Translations under genes and position numbers: made by a program
NCBI RefSeq assembly: GCF_021378375.1
Contig: NZ_CP076228.1
Span: forward strand, 900,001-932,000
Direction of reading: 5' to 3'
Origin: Wolbachia endosymbiont of Drosophila innubila
GTDB lineage: Bacteria; Pseudomonadota; Alphaproteobacteria; Rickettsiales; Anaplasmataceae
DNA: 32,000 bases
Notes under the pieces: model-generated
Told to the model about the DNA's origin: nothing
Seen by the model: the letters and a program-made list of their open reading frames with translations, nothing else
Databases searched by the model: none
In this document: in pieces, positions 27,844-32,000 of the stretch
Layout: every line of letters begins with the position of its first letter
How positions within the stretch are numbered: position 1 is the stretch's first letter

Positions 27844-28026
27844 AATTTAGAGTATTCTTTATAATAAATTGAACAATAAAAGTAGCGAAAATACTACATG
27901 TTTTAGACAATGTGCAAATAATGGTTGCAATTCCTATAATTCTATCTTATAATGGATATAGAAGTTTAAATTTTTTCGTCTATAATTAAAATGTATTTAG
28001 TTGTAGAAAGTACCTTGGGGGTATGT

Positions 28027-28794
28027 ATGTTCACAGGAAAAAATGAAAAATCTACTTCTATACTAGCTAAAGTTGGTAATGCAGCTTCGGGAGTAGGAAG
28101 TTTTCTGGGTAGAGGTGTAAAAGTTCTAGTCAAGGGTGCAGTGTACCCTATATGGCCAAAGAATTGGTTTAAGTCCTGGGATGAAATGCGGCATGACATA
28201 AAAAATGGCGGACGTTCTATTATTGGCAACCCACTTGAAGAATATGATCCACCTATAGAAACCACACAAGCTAGTGAGGATCTTGGTGTCCAAATAATGG
28301 AGCAAAAGAAAGGAACAGGAAAGGTAACTTTTTTAGCATCAAGGACTCTGACAGGGGATATACCCTATTTGACGCCAGAACGATTAGGTGAAATAAAGCA
28401 AAACCTGCCAAATGTAACTATCTTTAAAGAAGAAAATAAAATTGTAATTGAAGTTGATGTTAAAAAAATAATTGAAGACATTAAATATAAAGGAAAGAGT
28501 CCAGAGGAGATAAAAAAGCTTGCTATTGAAGAAATTAAACAAAAAGTTGACGGTAACCTTAAAGATCTAGCAAAAATTACTGGTGGAGAATTTAAAGTTC
28601 ACACAGACTTAAAATTGCTGTATGGTATTGCAGAAAAATTGTATAAGGAATATGATAATCAAAAGCAGTCATCAGACAAAGTTGTGAAGTCTGATGTTGG
28701 TCAGCCTTCAGAAACTATAGCTTCAGGTGAGAAAAAATGGGCGCAAGAAGCTATAAAAGCAGGTAAGTCGCAAAGTTGTGGAATGCAAAAATAA
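28027..28794 (+). CDS. Hypothetical protein (orphan, Lys/Glu-rich, no recognisable domain)
   Basis: The track ORF is 27991-28794. I prefer the ATG at 28027 because a GGGGG Shine-Dalgarno-like run lies at 28017-28021. No TM segment or known motif was seen. Confidence 0.55.
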   Translation: MFTGKNEKSTSILAKVGNAASGVGSFLGRGVKVLVKGAVYPIWPKNWFKSWDEMRHDIKNGGRSIIGNPLEEYDPPIETTQASEDLGVQIMEQKKGTGKVTFLASRTLTGDIPYLTPERLGEIKQNLPNVTIFKEENKIVIEVDVKKIIEDIKYKGKSPEEIKKLAIEEIKQKVDGNLKDLAKITGGEFKVHTDLKLLYGIAEKLYKEYDNQKQSSDKVVKSDVGQPSETIASGEKKWAQEAIKAGKSQSCGMQK

Positions 28795-28810
28795 GTTATA
28801 GGGGAGTATT

Positions 28811-29068
28811 ATGAGTGAAGCTAAAAAAATAGAGGAAAGACATCATAGTCTAACTGTTCCTGGGGATATGTATCACTTACAACCAGGAGTTATTACTGGA
28901 AAAAGGGTAAGTGGAATAGAACCCTTTTTGAAAGAACAGCAGGACATGGTAAAAGTAAGGGAACTTGTAAGCTCTTTAAATCTTGAAGATGCTTCTGGTG
29001 ATGCGATAAAACCACTATCTACACCTAATGTAGAGAAAAACGAAGAAAGAGGGAAAGGTCGCTCTTAA
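28811..29068 (+). CDS. Hypothetical 85-aa protein (orphan)
   Basis: A strong SD-like AGGGGAG lies 7 nt upstream of the ATG. The gene starts 16 nt after the previous stop and ends 3 nt before the HIT gene start. Confidence 0.5.
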   Translation: MSEAKKIEERHHSLTVPGDMYHLQPGVITGKRVSGIEPFLKEQQDMVKVRELVSSLNLEDASGDAIKPLSTPNVEKNEERGKGRS

Positions 29069-29071
29069 AAT

Positions 29072-29440
29072 ATGAGCAATGAAGTTTATGATAGCGATAA
29101 CATCTTTGCTCAAATATTAAGAGGTGAGTTACCTTGTGAGAAGGTACATGAAAATGAAAATGTACTAGCTTTTCATGATAAGTACCCTGACGCACCAGTT
29201 CATATTTTAGTTATATCAAAAAATCAATATATTTCATATGATGATTTCATTCTAAAAGCTCCTGAAGAGGAAATAGCGGATTTCTTCAAAACTGTAAGAG
29301 AGATAGCACACAAATATAATCTAGAAAAAACAGGATATAGATTAGTCACTAACTACGGTGAAAATGGAGAGCAGGTTGTACCACACTTTCACGTGCATAT
29401 TTTAGGTGGTAAAAAGTTAGGAAAGCATGTAAACTCATAG
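29072..29440 (+). CDS. HIT-family (HinT-like) nucleotide hydrolase
   Basis: The 122-aa product has the histidine triad HFHVHILGG, and N-terminal IFAQILRGELPCEKVHENE. Confidence 0.85.
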   Translation: MSNEVYDSDNIFAQILRGELPCEKVHENENVLAFHDKYPDAPVHILVISKNQYISYDDFILKAPEEEIADFFKTVREIAHKYNLEKTGYRLVTNYGENGEQVVPHFHVHILGGKKLGKHVNS

Positions 29441-29458
29441 TGTTATATGTTTTGTTAA

Positions 29459-29812
29459 ATGAGCGAATATTTAACCATAGTAATCTTTATCTGCGTATCA
29501 ATTGTAGTATCTTTTGCTTTAGGTATATTGCCTATGTTTCTTGCAGTGAGTAAGCCAGATGGTGAAAAGCTTTCCACATATGAGTGTGGCTTCAATCCAC
29601 TATCCAGTGCAAGGAAAAATTTTGACATTAAATTTTACCTAGTTTCAATATTATTTATAATATTTGACTTAGAAATTGCTTTTCTTTTTCCTTGGGCTGT
29701 TTCTTTATCTAAGATAAGCTATGGTGGATTTTGGTCTATGATGGTATTTCTTGCAATACTCACTATAGGTTTTATCTATGAATGGTGTAAAGGTGCATTA
29801 GAGTGGGAGTAG
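29459..29812 (+). CDS. nuoA: NADH-quinone oxidoreductase subunit A
   Basis: The 117-aa product has three TM segments and the motifs YECGF and [14 protein letters not shown]. Confidence 0.9.
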   Translation: MSEYLTIVIFICVSIVVSFALGILPMFLAVSKPDGEKLSTYECGFNPLSSARKNFDIKFYLVSILFIIFDLEIAFLFPWAVSLSKISYGGFWSMMVFLAILTIGFIYEWCKGALEWE

Positions 29813-29815
29813 TTT

Positions 29816-30322
29816 ATGACAAATCAAATTCTATCTAATGATGACTGGGGTCGTTATAAAAAAGAAGGGTTTCTTGTCACTAAATTTGGTGATTTAACAG
29901 ATTATGTAATGAATTGGGCAAGGTCTGGTTCATTGTGGCCAATGACATTTGGTCTTGCATGTTGCGCAGTTGAGATGATGCATACTGCATCCAGCCGTTA
30001 TGATCTTGATAGATATGGTATAATGTTTCGTGCAAGCCCACGTCAATCAGATGTGATGATTGTTGCTGGCACACTAACTAATAAAATGGCAGCAGCATTG
30101 CGCAAGGTTTATGATCAAATGGCAGACCCGAAGTATGTTATTTCCATGGGAAGTTGTGCAAATGGTGGTGGTTATTACCATTACTCTTATTCAGTAGTCC
30201 GAGGCTGTGATAGAATTGTGCCAGTTGACGTGTATGTCCCTGGATGCCCACCAACCGCTGAGGCGTTGCTATATGGAATGCTATGCCTACAAAACAAAAT
30301 AAAACGGACTCGGAATGGATAA
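29816..30322 (+). CDS. nuoB: NADH-quinone oxidoreductase subunit B
   Basis: The 168-aa product has the motifs [20 protein letters not shown] and GCPP (N2 cluster ligands). Confidence 0.92.
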   Translation: MTNQILSNDDWGRYKKEGFLVTKFGDLTDYVMNWARSGSLWPMTFGLACCAVEMMHTASSRYDLDRYGIMFRASPRQSDVMIVAGTLTNKMAAALRKVYDQMADPKYVISMGSCANGGGYYHYSYSVVRGCDRIVPVDVYVPGCPPTAEALLYGMLCLQNKIKRTRNG

Positions 30323-30887
30323 AACTGCAAAGTATATACAAAAAAAGACCAAATGCGAGTGCATTCAAAAAGATGATGGCATTATTGTAATATATTCAAC
30401 TTTAGATGAAATTGAAAAGTACCTATTCTTTCTACGTGATGATGAAAAGTGTAGGTTTGAACTATTAGTTGATATTTTTGGGGTTGACTATCCAAATAGA
30501 GAGAAGCGTTTCGAGCTAATATACAATCTACTCAGCATTGTGCATAATATTAGAGTACACATAAAGCTTCAGTTATGTGAAAGCGACATGCCTCCAAGTG
30601 TAGCGAAGATATTTAGTACGGCTTTGTGGTTTGAGCGTGAAGTGTTTGATATGTATGGAATAGAGTTTTCTGATCACCCTGATTTGCGTAGGATTCTAAC
30701 AGACTATGGATTCAAAGGTCATCCAATGTTAAAAGATTTCCCTCTCACTGGTTATGAGGAAGTAAGATATGATATAGAGACAAAAAAGGTTGTGTATAAT
30801 CCTATAGATTTACCGCAAGATTTTCGTATGTTTGATAGCTTATCGCCTTGGGAAGGTAAAACCATAAAAGTAAATACAAAGGAGTAG
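30315..30887 (+). CDS. nuoC: NADH-quinone oxidoreductase subunit C
   Basis: The 190-aa product has [40 protein letters not shown]. The gene overlaps nuoB by 8 nt. Confidence 0.9.
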   Translation: MDKTAKYIQKKTKCECIQKDDGIIVIYSTLDEIEKYLFFLRDDEKCRFELLVDIFGVDYPNREKRFELIYNLLSIVHNIRVHIKLQLCESDMPPSVAKIFSTALWFEREVFDMYGIEFSDHPDLRRILTDYGFKGHPMLKDFPLTGYEEVRYDIETKKVVYNPIDLPQDFRMFDSLSPWEGKTIKVNTKE

Positions 30888-31841
<954 letters not shown>

Positions 31842-31874
31842 GCAAATTAATGGTTTTATAGAGCTTCTTTATAG

Positions 31875-32000
31875 CTAAAACAGCCTAAAAAAGTTGCTTG
31901 TGGTTACCTTCGCTACTTGTTCTGGTGACTCATTCCACAACTCTGCCAAACAATCAACAACGTATTTCACCATTGCTGGTTCATTCTTTTTTCCCCTATA
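31875..32000 (-). CDS. TatD-family hydrolase, C-terminal 41 codons only (the 5' part is outside the window)
   Basis: I translated the minus strand by hand: YRGKKNEPAMVKYVVDCLAELWNESPEQVAKVTTSNFFRLF*. This matches the conserved TatD C-terminal pattern NEP..V..V...A......E.VA..T..N...LF. Confidence 0.5.
   Translation of the reverse strand, partial: YRGKKNEPAMVKYVVDCLAELWNESPEQVAKVTTSNFFRLF

Noticed and set aside
28027-29068. Reading the 267-aa and 85-aa orphan pair as a toxin-antitoxin or other defence module.
   Set aside because: Neither product has a recognisable toxin, antitoxin, nuclease or ATPase motif. The sizes and order are atypical, and the pair is embedded in a housekeeping operon. 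I keep it only as 'unassigned orphan genes'.
31842-31874. Possible bidirectional terminator hairpin between mdh and tatD.
   Set aside because: Only about 5 bp of complementarity could be paired by eye, which is not convincing.

Overview
This is an AT-rich Rickettsiales-type chromosome segment. I infer a Wolbachia endosymbiont; no database search was possible. The evidence is the gene order, a bamA-skp-fabZ cluster with no lpx genes, a WO-phage-type terminase remnant, an ISWpi1-like IS5 element, and a dispersed 'CACTGG(G/A)ATGAC' palindromic repeat family.

Intact housekeeping genes:
- Minus strand: mnhD-like (partial), a 960-aa GltD-like Fe-S flavoprotein, fabZ, skp, bamA, rseP, zapA, ihfB, rpsA, ccmB, an NDUFA9-like SDR, murF and tatD (partial).
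- Plus strand: sdhE, trmB, a dksA-like gene, der, dsbB, coq7, two orphan genes, a HIT-family gene, nuoA, nuoB, nuoC and mdh.
- One tRNA-Arg(UCU) lies at 25231-25304.

Mobile DNA:
- There are five IS copies, and every transposase gene is broken.
- An IS4-family copy lies at 13981-15447.
- A roughly 6-kb pile-up lies between coq7 and tRNA-Arg. It holds an IS5-family copy (18585-19633), a Tn5/IS50-like IS4 copy (19711-22528) split by a nested IS110-family copy (about 20774-22118), and an ISWpi1-like IS5 copy (22531-23452).
- The ISWpi1-like copy truncates a frameshifted phage terminase large-subunit gene (23453-24374).

Most unusual observations:
- Palindromic repeats are inserted in frame into two otherwise conserved genes. 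One is in the 960-aa oxidoreductase and carries a 3 x 21-bp tandem unit. The other is a roughly 130-bp insert in essential murF.
- There are nested or composite palindromic elements at 12321-12673 and 18356-18574.
- There are tandem and diverged direct repeats next to the prophage scar.

I do not see convincing evidence for a discrete new multi-gene system. The best unexplained leads are the two orphan genes (28027-29068), tightly packed upstream of hit-nuoABC-mdh, and the promoter-like direct repeat pair at 24620-24885.
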